Shown here in pieces: positions 33,620 through 48,700 of a stretch of DNA of 64,000 nucleotides. Below the pieces are notes generated by a model. It ran no database searches and was not told where the DNA came from. It saw only the letters and a list, made by a program, of their open reading frames with translations. Location: assembly GCF_009914755.1 (NCBI RefSeq), contig NC_060927.1; one strand, given 5' to 3'. Within the stretch, counting starts at the first letter, position 1; each line of letters begins with the position of its first letter. The translations under genes and the position numbers were made by a program. Origin of the DNA: the human T2T-CHM13v2.0 reference genome, Homo sapiens.

Positions 33620-36600
33620 CCCAAATATATATTTTATACTGTACATGAAATATCAAAGTTCACAAACTATATATTATATACTGTACATAAAATATCAATG
33701 TACCCAAGGTATATATTCTATACTGCACAAAAAATATCAAAGTACCCAAAGCATGTATTATATACTGTATATAAAATATGAAAGTACATCAAATATATAT
33801 TTTATTCTGTACATAAAATATCAAAGTACACCGGATATATATTCTATAGTGTACATAAAATATCAAAGTACCCAAACTATACATTATATACTGTACATAA
33901 AATATGAAATTACATCAAATATATATTATATTAGGTACATAAAATACGAAAGTACATCAAATATAGATTATATACTGTATATAAAATATCAAAGTACCCC
34001 AATATATATTATATACTGTACATGAAATATCAAAGTTCACAAACTATATATTATGTACTGTACATAAAATATCAAAGTACCCAAGGTATATATTCTATAC
34101 TGTACAAAAAATATCAAAGTACCCAAAGCATGTATTATATAATGTACATAAAATATGAAAGTACATCAAATATATATTTTATTCTGTACATAAAATATCA
34201 AAGAACACCAGATATATATTCTATAGTGTACATAAAATATCAAAGTACCCAAACTATACATTATATACTGTACATAAAATATGAAATTACATCATATATA
34301 TATTAGGTACATAAAATATGAAAGTACATCAAATATATATTTTATTCTGTACATAAAATATCAAAGTACACCAGATATATATTCTATAGTGTACATAAAA
34401 TATCAAAGTACCCAAACTATACATTATATACTGTACATAAAATATGAAATTACAGCAAATATATATTATATTTGGTACATAAAATATGAAAGTACATCAA
34501 ATATAGATTATATACTGTACATTAAATACCAAAGTACCCCAAATATATATTTTATACTGTACATGAAATATCAAAGTTCACAAACTATATATTATATACT
34601 GTACATAAAATATCAATGTACCCAAGGTATATATTCTATACTGCACAAAAAATATCAAAGTACCCAAAGCATGTATTATATACTGTATATAAAATATGAA
34701 AGTACATCAAATATATATTTTATTCTGTACATAAAATATCAAAGTACACCAGATATATATTCTATAGTGTACATAAAATATCAAAGTACCCAAACTATAC
34801 ATTATATACTGTACATAAAATATGAAATTACATCAAATATATATTATATTAGGTACATAAAATACGAAAGTACATCAAATATAGATTATATACTGTACAT
34901 AAAATATCAAAGTACCCCAATATATATTATATACTGTACATGAAATATCAAAGTTCACAAACTATATATTATGTACTGTACAGAAAATATCAAAGTACCC
35001 AAGGTATATATTCTATACTGTACAAAAAATATCAAAGTACCCAAAGCATGTATTATATAATGTACATAAAATATGAAAGTACATCAAATATATATTTTAT
35101 TCTGTACATAAAATATCAAAGAACACCAGATATATATTCTATAGTGTACATAAAATATCAAAGTACCCAAACTATACATTATATACTGTACATAAAATAT
35201 GAAATTACATCATATATATATTAGGTACATAAAATATGAAAGTACATCAAATATATATTTTATTCTGTACATAAAATATCAAAGTACACCAGATATATAT
35301 TCTATATTGTACATAAAATAACAAAGTACACAAACTATAAATTATATACTGTACATAAAATATGAAATTACATCAAATATATATTAGGTACATAAAATAT
35401 GAAAGTACATCAAATATAGATTATATACTGTACATATAATATCAATGTACCCGAAGTATATATTTTATACTCTACATGAAATATCAAAGTTCACAAACCA
35501 TATATTGTATACTGCACATAAAATATCACAATACCCAAGGTATATATTCTATACTGTACAAAAAATATCAAAGTACCCAAAGCAGGTATTATATACTGTA
35601 CATAAAATATGAAAGTACATCAAATATATATTTTATTCTGTACATAAAGTATCAAAGTACACCAGATATATATTCTATAGCGTACATAAAATATCAAAGT
35701 ACACAAACTATACATTATATACTGTACATAAAATATGAAATTACATCAAATATATATTATATTAGGTACATAAAATATGAAAGTACATCAAATATAGATT
35801 ATATACTGTACCTAAAATATCAATGTACCCCAAATATATATTTTATACTCTACATGAAATATCAAAGTTCACAAACCATATATGATATACTGTACTTAAA
35901 ATATCAAAATACCCAAGGTATATATTCTATACTGTACAAAAAATATCAAAGTACACAAAGCATGTATTATATACTGTACATAAAATATGAAATTACATCA
36001 AATATATATTATATTAGGTACATAAAATATGAAAGTACATCAAATATAGATTATATACTGTACATAAAATATCAAAGTACCCCAAATATATATTATATAC
36101 TGTACATGTAATATCAAAGTTCACAACTATATATTACATACTGTACATAAAATATCAAAGTACCCAAGGTATATATTCTATACTGTACAAAAAATATCAA
36201 AGTACCCAAAGCATGTATTATATACTGTACATAAAATATGAAAGTACATCAAATATATATTTTATTCTGTACATAAAATATCAAAGTACACCAGATATAT
36301 ATTCTATAGTGTACATAAAATATCAAAGTACCCAAACTATACATTATATACTGTACATAAAATATGAAATTACATCAAATATATATTAGGTACATAAAAT
36401 ATGAAAGTACATCAAATATAGATTATATACTGTACATAAAATATCAAAGTACCCTAAATATATATTATATACTGTACATGAAATATCAAAGTTCACAAAC
36501 TATATATTATATACTGTACATAAAATATCAAAGTACCCAAGGTATATATTCTATACTGTACAAAAAATATCAAAGTACCCAAAGCATGTATTATATACTG

Positions 36601-39600
36601 TATATAAAATATGAAAGTACATCAAATATATATTGGGTTCATAAAATATGAAAGTACATCAAATATAGATTATATACTGTACATAAAATATCAAAGTACC
36701 CCAAATATATATTTTATACTGTACATGAAATATCAAAGTTCACAAACTATATATTATATACTGTACATAAAATATCAATGTACCCAAGGTATATATTCTA
36801 TACTGCACAAAAAATATCAAAGTACCCAAAGCATGTATTATATACTGTATATAAAATATGAAAGTACATCAAATATATATTTTATTCTGTACATAAAATA
36901 TCAAAGTACACCGGATATATATTCTATAGTGTACATAAAATATCAAAGTACCCAAACTATACATTATATACTGTACATAAAATATGAAATTACATCAAAT
37001 ATATATTATATTAGGTACATAAAATACGAAAGTACATCAAATATAGATTATATACTGTATATAAAATATCAAAGTACCCCAATATATATTATATACTGTA
37101 CATGAAATATCAAAGTTCACAAACTATATATTATGTACTGTACATAAAATATCAAAGTACCCAAGGTATATATTCTATACTGTACAAAAAATATCAAAGT
37201 ACCCAAAGCATGTATTATATAATGTACATAAAATATGAAAGTACATCAAATATATACTTTATTCTGTACATAAAATATCAAAGAACACCAGATATATATT
37301 CTATAGTGTACATAAAATATCAAAGTACCCAAACTATACATTATATACTGTACATAAAATATGAAATTACATCATATATATATTAGGTACATAAAATATG
37401 AAAGTACATCAAATATATATTTTATTCTGTACATAAAATATCAAAGTACACCAGATATATATTCTATAGTGTACATAAAATATCAAAGTACCCAAACTAT
37501 ACATTATATACTGTACATAAAATATGAAATTACAGCAAATATATATTATATTTGGTACATAAAATATGAAAGTACATCAAATATAGATTATATACTGTAC
37601 ATTAAATACCAAAGTACCCCAAATATATATTTTATACTGTACATGAAATATCAAAGTTCACAAACTATATATTATATACTGTACATAAAATATCAATGTA
37701 CCCAAGGTATATATTCTATACTGCACAAAAAATATCAAAGTACCCAAAGCATGTATTATATACTGTATATAAAATATGAAAGTACATCAAATATATATTT
37801 TATTCTGTACATAAAATATCAAAGTACACCAGATATATATTCTATAGTGTACATAAAATATCAAAGTACCCAAACTATACATTATATACTGTACATAAAA
37901 TATGAAATTACATCAAATATATATTATATTAGGTACATAAAATACGAAAGTACATCAAATATAGATTATATACTGTACATAAAATATCAAAGTACCCCAA
38001 TATATATTATATACTGTACATGAAATATCAAAGTTCACAAACTATATATTATGTACTGTACAGAAAATATCAAAGTACCCAAGGTATATATTCTATACTG
38101 TACAAAAAATATCAAAGTACCCAAAGCATGTATTATATAATGTACATAAAATATGAAAGTACATCAAATATATATTTTATTCTGTACATAAAATATCAAA
38201 GAACACCAGATATATATTCTATAGTGTACATAAAATATCAAAGTACCCAAACTATACATTATATACTGTACATAAAATATGAAATTACATCATATATATA
38301 TTAGGTACATAAAATATGAAAGTACATCAAATATATATTTTATTCTGTACATAAAATATCAAAGTACACCAGATATATATTCTATATTGTACATAAAATA
38401 ACAAAGTACACAAACTATAAATTATATACTGTACATAAAATATGAAATTACATCAAATATATATTAGGTACATAAAATATGAAAGTACATCAAATATAGA
38501 TTATATACTGTACATATAATATCAATGTACCCGAAGTATATATTTTATACTCTACATGAAATATCAAAGTTCACAAACCATATATTGTATACTGCACATA
38601 AAATATCACAATACCCAAGATATATATTCTATACTGTACAAAAAATATCAAAGTACCCAAAGCAGGTATTATATACTGTACATAAAATATGAAAGTACAT
38701 CAAATATATATTTTATTCTGTACATAAAGTATCAAAGTACACCAGATATATATTCTATAGCGTACATAAAATATCAAAGTACACAAACTATACATTATAT
38801 ACTGTACATAAAATATGAAATTACATCAAATATATATTATATTAGGTACATAAAATATGAAAGTACATCAAATATAGATTATATACTGTACCTAAAATAT
38901 CAATGTACCCCAAATATATATTTTATACTCTACATGAAATATCAAAGTTCACAAACCATATATGATATACTGTACTTAAAATATCAAAATACCCAAGGTA
39001 TATATTCTATACTGTACAAAAAATATCAAAGTACACAAAGCATGTATTATATACTGTACATAAAATATGAAATTACATCAAATATATATTATATTAGGTA
39101 CATAAAATATGAAAGTACATCAAATATAGATTATATACTGTACATAAAATATCAAAGTACCCCAAATATATATTATATACTGTACATGTAATATCAAAGT
39201 TCACAACTATATATTACATACTGTACATAAAATATCAAAGTACCCAAGGTATATATTCTATACTGTACAAAAAATATCAAAGTACCCAAAGCATGTATTA
39301 TATACTGTACATAAAATATGAAAGTACATCAAATATATATTTTATTCTGTACATAAAATATCAAAGTACACCAGATATATATTCTATAGTGTACATAAAA
39401 TATCAAAGTGCCCAAACTATACATTATATACTGTACATAAAATATGAAATTACATCAAATATATATTAGGTACATAAAATATGAAAGTACATCAAATATA
39501 GATTATATACTGTACATAAAATATCAAAGTACCCTAAATATATATTATATACTGTACATGAAATATCAAAGTTCACAAACTATATATTATATACTGTACA

Positions 39601-39780
39601 TAAAATATCAAAGTACCCAAGGTATATATTCTATACTGTACAAAAAATATCAAAGTACCCAAAGCATGTATTATATACTGTATATAAAATATGAAAGTAC
39701 ATCAAATATATATTGGGTTCATAAAATATGAAAGTACATCAAATATAGATTATATACTGTACATAAAATATCAAAGTACC
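33620..39780 (+). repeat. 3080-bp tandem duplication (two copies, junction near 36700)
   Basis: ORF pairs 34022/37102, 34281/37361, 34940/38020, 35476/38556 and 36364/39444. The rare marker TATTGGGTTC is at 36631 and 39711, and CCGGAT is at 33831 and 36911. Confidence 0.9.
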
Positions 39781-42700
39781 CCAAATATATATTATATACT
39801 CTACATGAAATATCAAAGTTCACAAACTATATATTATATACTGTACATAAAATATAAAAGTAACCAAGGTATATATTCTATACTGTACAAAAAATATCAA
39901 AGTACCCAAAGCATGTATTATACACTGTACATAAAATATGAAAGTACATCAAATATATATTTTATTCTGTACATAAAATATCAAAGTACACCAGATAGAT
40001 ATTCTATAGTGTACATAAAATAACAAAGTACACAAACTATAAATTATATACTGTACATAAAATATGAAATTACATCAAATATATATTAGGTACATAAAAT
40101 ATGAAAGTACATCAAATATAGATTATATACTGTACATAAAATATCAAAGTACCCCAAATATATATTATATCCTCTACATGAAATAACAAAGTTCACAAAC
40201 TATATATTATATACTGTCCATAAAATATCAAATTACCCAAGGTATATATTCTATACTGTACAAAAAATATCAAAGTACCCAAAGCATGTATTATATACTA
40301 AACATAAAATATGAAAGTACATCAAATGTATATTTTATTCTGTACATAAAATATGAAAGTACACCAGATATATATTCTATAGTGTACATAAAATATCAAA
40401 GTACCCAAACTATACATTATATACTGTACATGAAATATGAAATTACATCAAATATATATTATATTAGGTACATAAAATATGAAAGTACATCAAATATAAA
40501 TTATATATTGTACATTAAATACCAAAGTACACCAAATATATATTTTATACTGTACATGAAATATCAAAGTTCACAAAGTATATATTATATACTGTACATA
40601 AAATAACAAAGTATCCAAGGTATATATTCTATACTGTACAAAAAATATCGAAGTACCCAAAGCATGTATTATATACTGTACATAAAATATGAAAGTACAT
40701 CAAATATACATTTTATTCTGTACATAAAATATCAAAGTACACCAGATATATATTCTATAGTGTACATAAAATATCAATGTACCCAAACTATACATTACAT
40801 ACTGTACATAAAATAAGAAATTACATCAAATATATATTATATTAGGTACATAAATATGAAAGTACATCAAATATAGATTATATACTGTACATAAAATATC
40901 AAAGTACCCAAGGTATATATTCTATACTGTACAAAAAATATCAAAGTACCCAAAGCATGTATTATATACTGTATATAAAATATGAAAGTACATCAAATAT
41001 GTATTTTATTCTGTACATAAAATATCAAAGTACACCAGATATATATTCTATACTGTACATAAAATAACAAAGTACAAAAACTATAAATTATATACTGTAC
41101 ATAAAATATGAAATAACATCAAATATATATTAGGTACATAAAATATGAACGTACATCAAATATAGATTATATACTGTACATAAAATATCAATGTACCCCA
41201 AATATATATTTTATACTCTACATGAAATATCAAAGTTCACAAACCATATATTATATACTGTACATAAAATATCAAAGTACTCAAGGTATATATTCTATAC
41301 TGTACAAAAAATATCAAAGTACCCAAAGCATGTATTATATAATGTACATAAAATATGAAAGTACATCAAATATATATTTTATTCTGTACATAAAATATCA
41401 AAGTACACCAGATATATGTTCTATAGTGTACATAAAATATCAAAGTACCCAAACTATACATTATATACTGTACATAAAATATGAAATTACATCAAATATA
41501 TTTTATATTAGGTACATAAACTATGAAAGTACATCATATATAGATTATATACTGTACATTAAATACCAAAGTACCCCAAATATATATTTTATACTGTACA
41601 TGAAATATCAAAGTTCACAAACCATATATTATATACTGTACATAAAATATGAAAGTACCCAAGGTATATATTCTATACTGTACAAAAAATATCAAAGTAC
41701 CCAAAGCATGTATTATATACTGTACATGAAATATGAAAGTACATCAAATATATATTTTATTCTGTACATAAAATATCAAAATACACAAGATATATATTCT
41801 ATAGTGTACATAAAATATCAAATTACCCAAACTATACTTTATATACTGTACATAAAATGTAAAATTACATCAAATATATATTATATTAGGTACATAAAAT
41901 ATGAAAGTACATCAAATATAGATTATATACTGTACATTAAATACCAAAGTACCCCAAATATATATTTTATACTGTACATGAAATATCAAAGTTCACAAAC
42001 CATATATTATATACTGTACATAAAATATCAAAGTACCCAAGGTATTTATTCTATACTGTACAAAAAATATCAAAGTACCCAAAGCATGTATTATATACTG
42101 TATATAAAATATGAAAGTACATCAAATATATATTTTATTCTGTACATAAAATATCAAAGTACACCAGATATATATTCTATAGTGTACATAAAATACCAAT
42201 GTACCTAAACTATACATTATATACTGTACATAAAATATGAAATTACATCAAATATATATTATATTAGGTACATAAAATATGAAAGTACATCAAATATAGA
42301 TTATATACTGTACATAAAATATCAAAGTACCCCAAATATATATTTTATACCGTACATGAAATACCAAATTTCACAAACTATATATTATATACTGTACATA
42401 AAATATCAAAGTACCCAAGGTATATATTCTATACTGTACAAAAAATATCAAAGTACCAAAAGCATGTATTATATACTGTACATAAAATATGAAAGTACAT
42501 CAAATATATATTTTATTCTGTACATAAAATATCAAAGTACACCAGACATATATTCTATAGTGTACATAAAATATCAAAGTACCCAAACTATACATTATAT
42601 ACTGTACATAAAATATGATATTACATCAAATATATTTTATATTAGGTACATAAAATATGAAAGTACATCAAATATAGATTATATGCTGTACATTAAATAC

Positions 42701-45700
42701 CAAAGTACCCCAAATATATATTTTATACTGTACATGAAATATCAAAGTTCACAAACTATATATTATATACTGTACATAAAATATAAAAGTACCCAAGGTA
42801 TATATTCTATACGGTACCAAAAATATCAAAGTACCCAAAGCACGTATTATATACTGTACATAAAATATGAAAGTACATCAAATATATATTTTATTCTGTA
42901 CATAAAATATCAAAGTACACCAGATATATATTCTATAGTGTACATAAAATATCAAAGTACCCAAACTATACATTATATACTGTACATAAAATATGAAATT
43001 ACACCAAATATATATTAGGTACATAAAATATGAAAGTACATCAAATATAGATTATATACTGTACATAAAACATCAATGTACCCCAAATATATATTATATA
43101 CTCTACATGAAATATCAAAGTTCACAAACTATATATTATATACTGTACATAAAATAAAGTACCCAAGGTACATATTCTATACTGTACAAAAAATATCAAA
43201 GTACCCAAAGCTTGTATTATATACTGTATATAAAATATGAAATTACATCAAATATATATTTTATTCTGTACGTAAAATATCAAAGTACACCAGATATATA
43301 TTCTATAGTGTACATAAAATAACAAAGTACAAAAACCATAAATTATATACTGTACATAAAATATGAAATTACATCAAATATATATTAGGTACATAAAATA
43401 TGAAAGTACATCAAATATAGATTATATACTGTACATTAAATACCAAAGTACCCCAAATATATATTTTATACTGTACATGAAATATCAAATTTCACAAACT
43501 ATATATTATATACTGTACATAAAATATCAAAGTACCCAAGGTATATATTCTATACTGTACAAAAGATATCAACGTACCCAAAGCATGTATTATATACTGT
43601 ACATAAAATATGAAAGTACATCAAATATATATTTTATTCTGTACATAAAATATCAAAGTACACCAGATATATATTCTATAGTGTACATAAAATATCAAAG
43701 AACCCAAACTATACATTATATACTGTACATAAAATATGAAATTACATCAAATATATATTAGGTACATAAAATATGAAAGTATATCAAATATAGATTATAT
43801 ACTGTACATAAAATATCAAAGTACCCCAAATATATATTATATACTCTACATGAAATATCAAAGTTCACAAACTATATATTATATACTGTACATAAAATAT
43901 CAAAGTACCCAAGGTATATATTCTATACTGTACAAAAAATATCAAGGTACCCAAAGCATGTATTATATACTGTACATAAAATATGAAAGTACATCAAATA
44001 TACATTTTATTCTGTACATAAAATATCAAAGTACACCAGATATATATTCTATAGTGTACATAAAATAACAAAGTACACAAACTATACATTATATACTGTA
44101 CATAAAATATGAAATTACATCAAATATATATTAGGTACATAAAATATGAAAGAACATCAAACATAGATTATATACTGTACAAAAAATATCAAAGTACCCC
44201 AAATATATATTATATACTCTACATGAAATATCAAAGTTCACAAACTATATATTATATACTGTACATAAAATATCAAAGTACCCAAGGTATATATTCTATA
44301 CTGTACAAAAAATATCAAAGTACCCAAAGCATGTACTATATACTGTATATAAAATATGAAAGTACATCAAATATATATTTTATTCTGTACATAAAATATC
44401 AAAGTACACCAGATATATATTCTATAGTGTACATAAAATAACAAAGTACACAAACTATAAATTATATACTGTACATAAAATATGAAATTACATCAAATAT
44501 ATATTAGGTACATAAAATATGAAAGTACATCAAATATAGATTATATACTGTACATATAATATCAATGTACCCGAAATATATATTTTATACTCTACATGAA
44601 ATATCAAAGTTCACAAACCATATATTAAATACTGTACATAAAATATCAAAGTACCCAAGGTATATATTTTATACTGTACAAAAAATATCAAAGTACCCGA
44701 AGCATGTATTATATACTGTACATAAAATATGAAATTACATCAAATATATATTTTATTCTGTACATAAAATATCAAAGTACACCAGATATATATTCTACAG
44801 TGTACATAAAATATCAAAGTACCCAAACTATACATTATATACTGTACATAAAATATGAAATTACATCAAATATATTTTATAATAGGTACATAAAATATGA
44901 AAGTACATCAAATATAGATTATATACTGTACATTAAATACCAAAGTACCCCAAATATATATTTTATACTGTACATGAAATATCAAAGTTCACAAACTATA
45001 TATTATATACTGTACATATAATATCAAAGTACCCAAGGTATATATTCTATACTGTACAAAAAATAACAAAGTACCAAAAGCATGTATTATATACTGTACC
45101 TAAAATATGAAAGTACATGAAATATATATTTTATTCTGTACATAAAATATCAAAGTACACCAGATATATATTCTATAGTGTACATAAAATATCAAAATAC
45201 CCAAACTATACATTATATACTGTACATAAAATATGAAATTACATCAAATATATATTATATTAGGTACATAAAATATGAAAGTACATCAAATATAGATTAT
45301 ATACTGTACATTAAATACCAAAGTACCCCAAATATATATTTTATACTGTACGTGAAATATCAAAGTTCGCAAACTATATATTATATACTGTACATAAAAT
45401 ATCAAAGTACCCAAGGTATATATTCTATACTGTACAAAAAATATCAAAGTACCCAAAGCATGTATTATATACTGTACCTAAATATGAAAGTACATCAAAT
45501 ATATATTTTATTCTGTACATAAAATATCAAAATACACCAGATATATATTCTATAGTGTACATAAAATAACAAAGTACAAAAACTATAAATTATATACTGT
45601 ACATAAAATATGAAATTACACCAAATATATATTAGGTACATAAAATATGAAAGTACATCAAATATAGATTATATACTGTACATATAATATCAATGTACCC

Positions 45701-48700
45701 CAAATATATATTTTATACTCTACATGAAATATCAAAGTTCACAAACCATATATTATATACTGTACATAAAATATCAAAGTACCCAAGGTATATATTCTAT
45801 ACTATTCAAAAAATATCAAAATAACCAAAGCATGTATTATATACTGTACATAAAATATGAAAGTACATCAAATATATATTTTATTCTGTACATAAAATAT
45901 CAAAGTACACCAGATATATATTCTATAGTGTACATAAAATAACAAAGTACACAAACTATAAATTATATACTGTACATAAAATATGAAATTACATGAAATA
46001 TATATTAGGTACATAAAATATGAAAGTACATCAAATATAGATTATATACTGTACATAAAATATCAATGTACCCCAAATATATATTTTATACTCTACATGA
46101 AATATCAAAGTTCACAAACCATATATTGTATACTGCACATAAAATATCAAAATACCCAAGGTATATATTCTATACTGTACAAAAAATATCAAAGTACCCA
46201 AAGCAGGTATTATATACTGTACATAAAATATGAAAGTACATCAAATATATATTTTATTCTGTACATAAAATATCAAAGTACACCAGATATATATTCTATA
46301 GCATACATAAAATATCAAAGTACACAAACTATAAATTATATACTGTACATAAAATATGAAATTACATCAAATATATATTAGGTACATAAAATATGAAAGT
46401 ACATCAAATATAGATTATATACTGTACATAAAATATCAATGTACCCCAAATATATATTTTATACTCTACATGAAATATCAAAGTTCACAAACCATATATT
46501 ATATACTGTACATAAAATATCAAAGTACCCAAGGTATATATTCTATACTATACAAAAAATATCAAAGTACCCAAAGCATGTATTATATACTGTACATAAA
46601 ATATGAAAGTACATCAAATATATATTTTATTCTGTACATAAAATATCAAAGTACACTAGATATATATTCTATAGTGTACATAAAATATCAAAATACCCAA
46701 ACTATACATTATATACTGTACATAAAATACGAGATTACATCAAATATATATTATATTAGGTACATAAAATATGAAAGTACATCAAATATAGATTATATAC
46801 TGTACATAAAATATCAAAGTACCCCGAATATATATTATATACTCTACATGAAATATCAAAGTTCACAAACCATATATTATATACTGTACATAAAATATCA
46901 AAGTACCCAAGGTATATATTCTATACTGTACAAAAGATATCAAAGTACCCAAAGCATGTATTATATACTGTATATAAAATATGAAAGTACATTAAATATA
47001 TATTTTATTCTGTACATAAAATATCAAAGTACACCAGATATATATTCTATAGTGTACATAAAATAACAAAGTACACAAACTATAAATTATATACTGTACA
47101 TAAAATATGAAATTACATCAAATATATATTAGGTACATAAAATATGAAAGTACATCAAATATAGATTATATACTGAACATATAATATCAATGTACCCCAA
47201 ATATATATTTGATACTCTACATGAAATATCAAAGTTCAGAAACCATACATTATATACTGTACATAAAATATCAAAGTACCCAAGGTATATATTCTATACT
47301 GTACAAAAAATATCAAAGTACCCAAAGCATGTATTATATACTGTACATAATATATGAAAGTACATCAAATATATATTTTATTCTGTACATAAAATATCAA
47401 AGTACACCAGATATATATTCTATAGTGTACATAAAATATCAAAGAACCCAAACTATACATTATATACTGTACATAAAATATGAAATTACATCAAATATAT
47501 ATTAGGTACATAAAATATGAAAGTATATCAAATATAGATTATATACTGTACATAAAATATCAAAGTACCCCAAATATATATTATATACTCTACATGAAAT
47601 ATCAAAGTTCACAAACTATATATTATATACTGTACATAAAATATCAAAGTACCCAAGGTATATATTCTATACTGTACAAAAAATATCAAGGTACCCAAAG
47701 CATGTATTATATACTGTACATAAAATATGAAAGTACATCAAATATACATTTTATTCTGTACATAAAATATCAAAGTACACCAGATATATATTCTATAGTG
47801 TACATAAAATAACAAAGTACACAAACTATACATTATATACTGTACATAAAATATGAAATTACATCAAATATATATTAGGTACATAAAATATGAAAGAACA
47901 TCAAACATAGATTATATACTGTACAAAAAATATCAAAGTACCCCAAATATATATTATATACTCTACATGAAATATCAAAGTTCACAAACTATATATTATA
48001 TACTGTACATAAAATATCAAAGTACCCAAGGTATATATTCTATACTGTACAAAAAATATCAAAGTACCCAAAGCATGTACTATATACTGTATATAAAATA
48101 TGAAAGTACATCAAATATATATTTTATTCTGTACATAAAATATCAAAGTACACCAGATATATATTCTATAGTGTACATAAAATAACAAAGTACACAAACT
48201 ATAAATTATATACTGTACATAAAATATGAAATTACATCAAATATATATTAGGTACATAAAATATGAAAGTACATCAAATATAGATTATATACTGTACATA
48301 TAATATCAATGTACCCGAAATATATATTTTATACTCTACATGAAATATCAAAGTTCACAAACCATATATTAAATACTGTACATAAAATATCAAAGTACCC
48401 AAGGTATATATTTTATACTGTACAAAAAATATCAAAGTACCCGAAGCATGTATTATATACTGTACATAAAATATGAAATTACATCAAATATATATTTTAT
48501 TCTGTACATAAAATATCAAAGTACACCAGATATATATTCTACAGTGTACATAAAATATCAAAGTACACAAACTATACATTATATACTGTACATAAAATAT
48601 GAAATTACATCAAATATATATTAGGTACATAAAATATGAAAGTACATCAAATATAGATTATATACTGTACATAAAATATCAAAGTACCCTAAATATATAT

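Larger units (their letters stand above)
12345..36598 (+). repeat. Large near-tandem block duplication: about 12345-24945 copied at about 26040-36598
   Basis: ORF pairs at offset 13694 (12512/26206, 13863/27557, 14728/28422), then 11275 (18276/29551, 19787/31062, 20700/31975), then 11653 (22369/34022, 23287/34940, 24711/36364). Confidence 0.85.
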
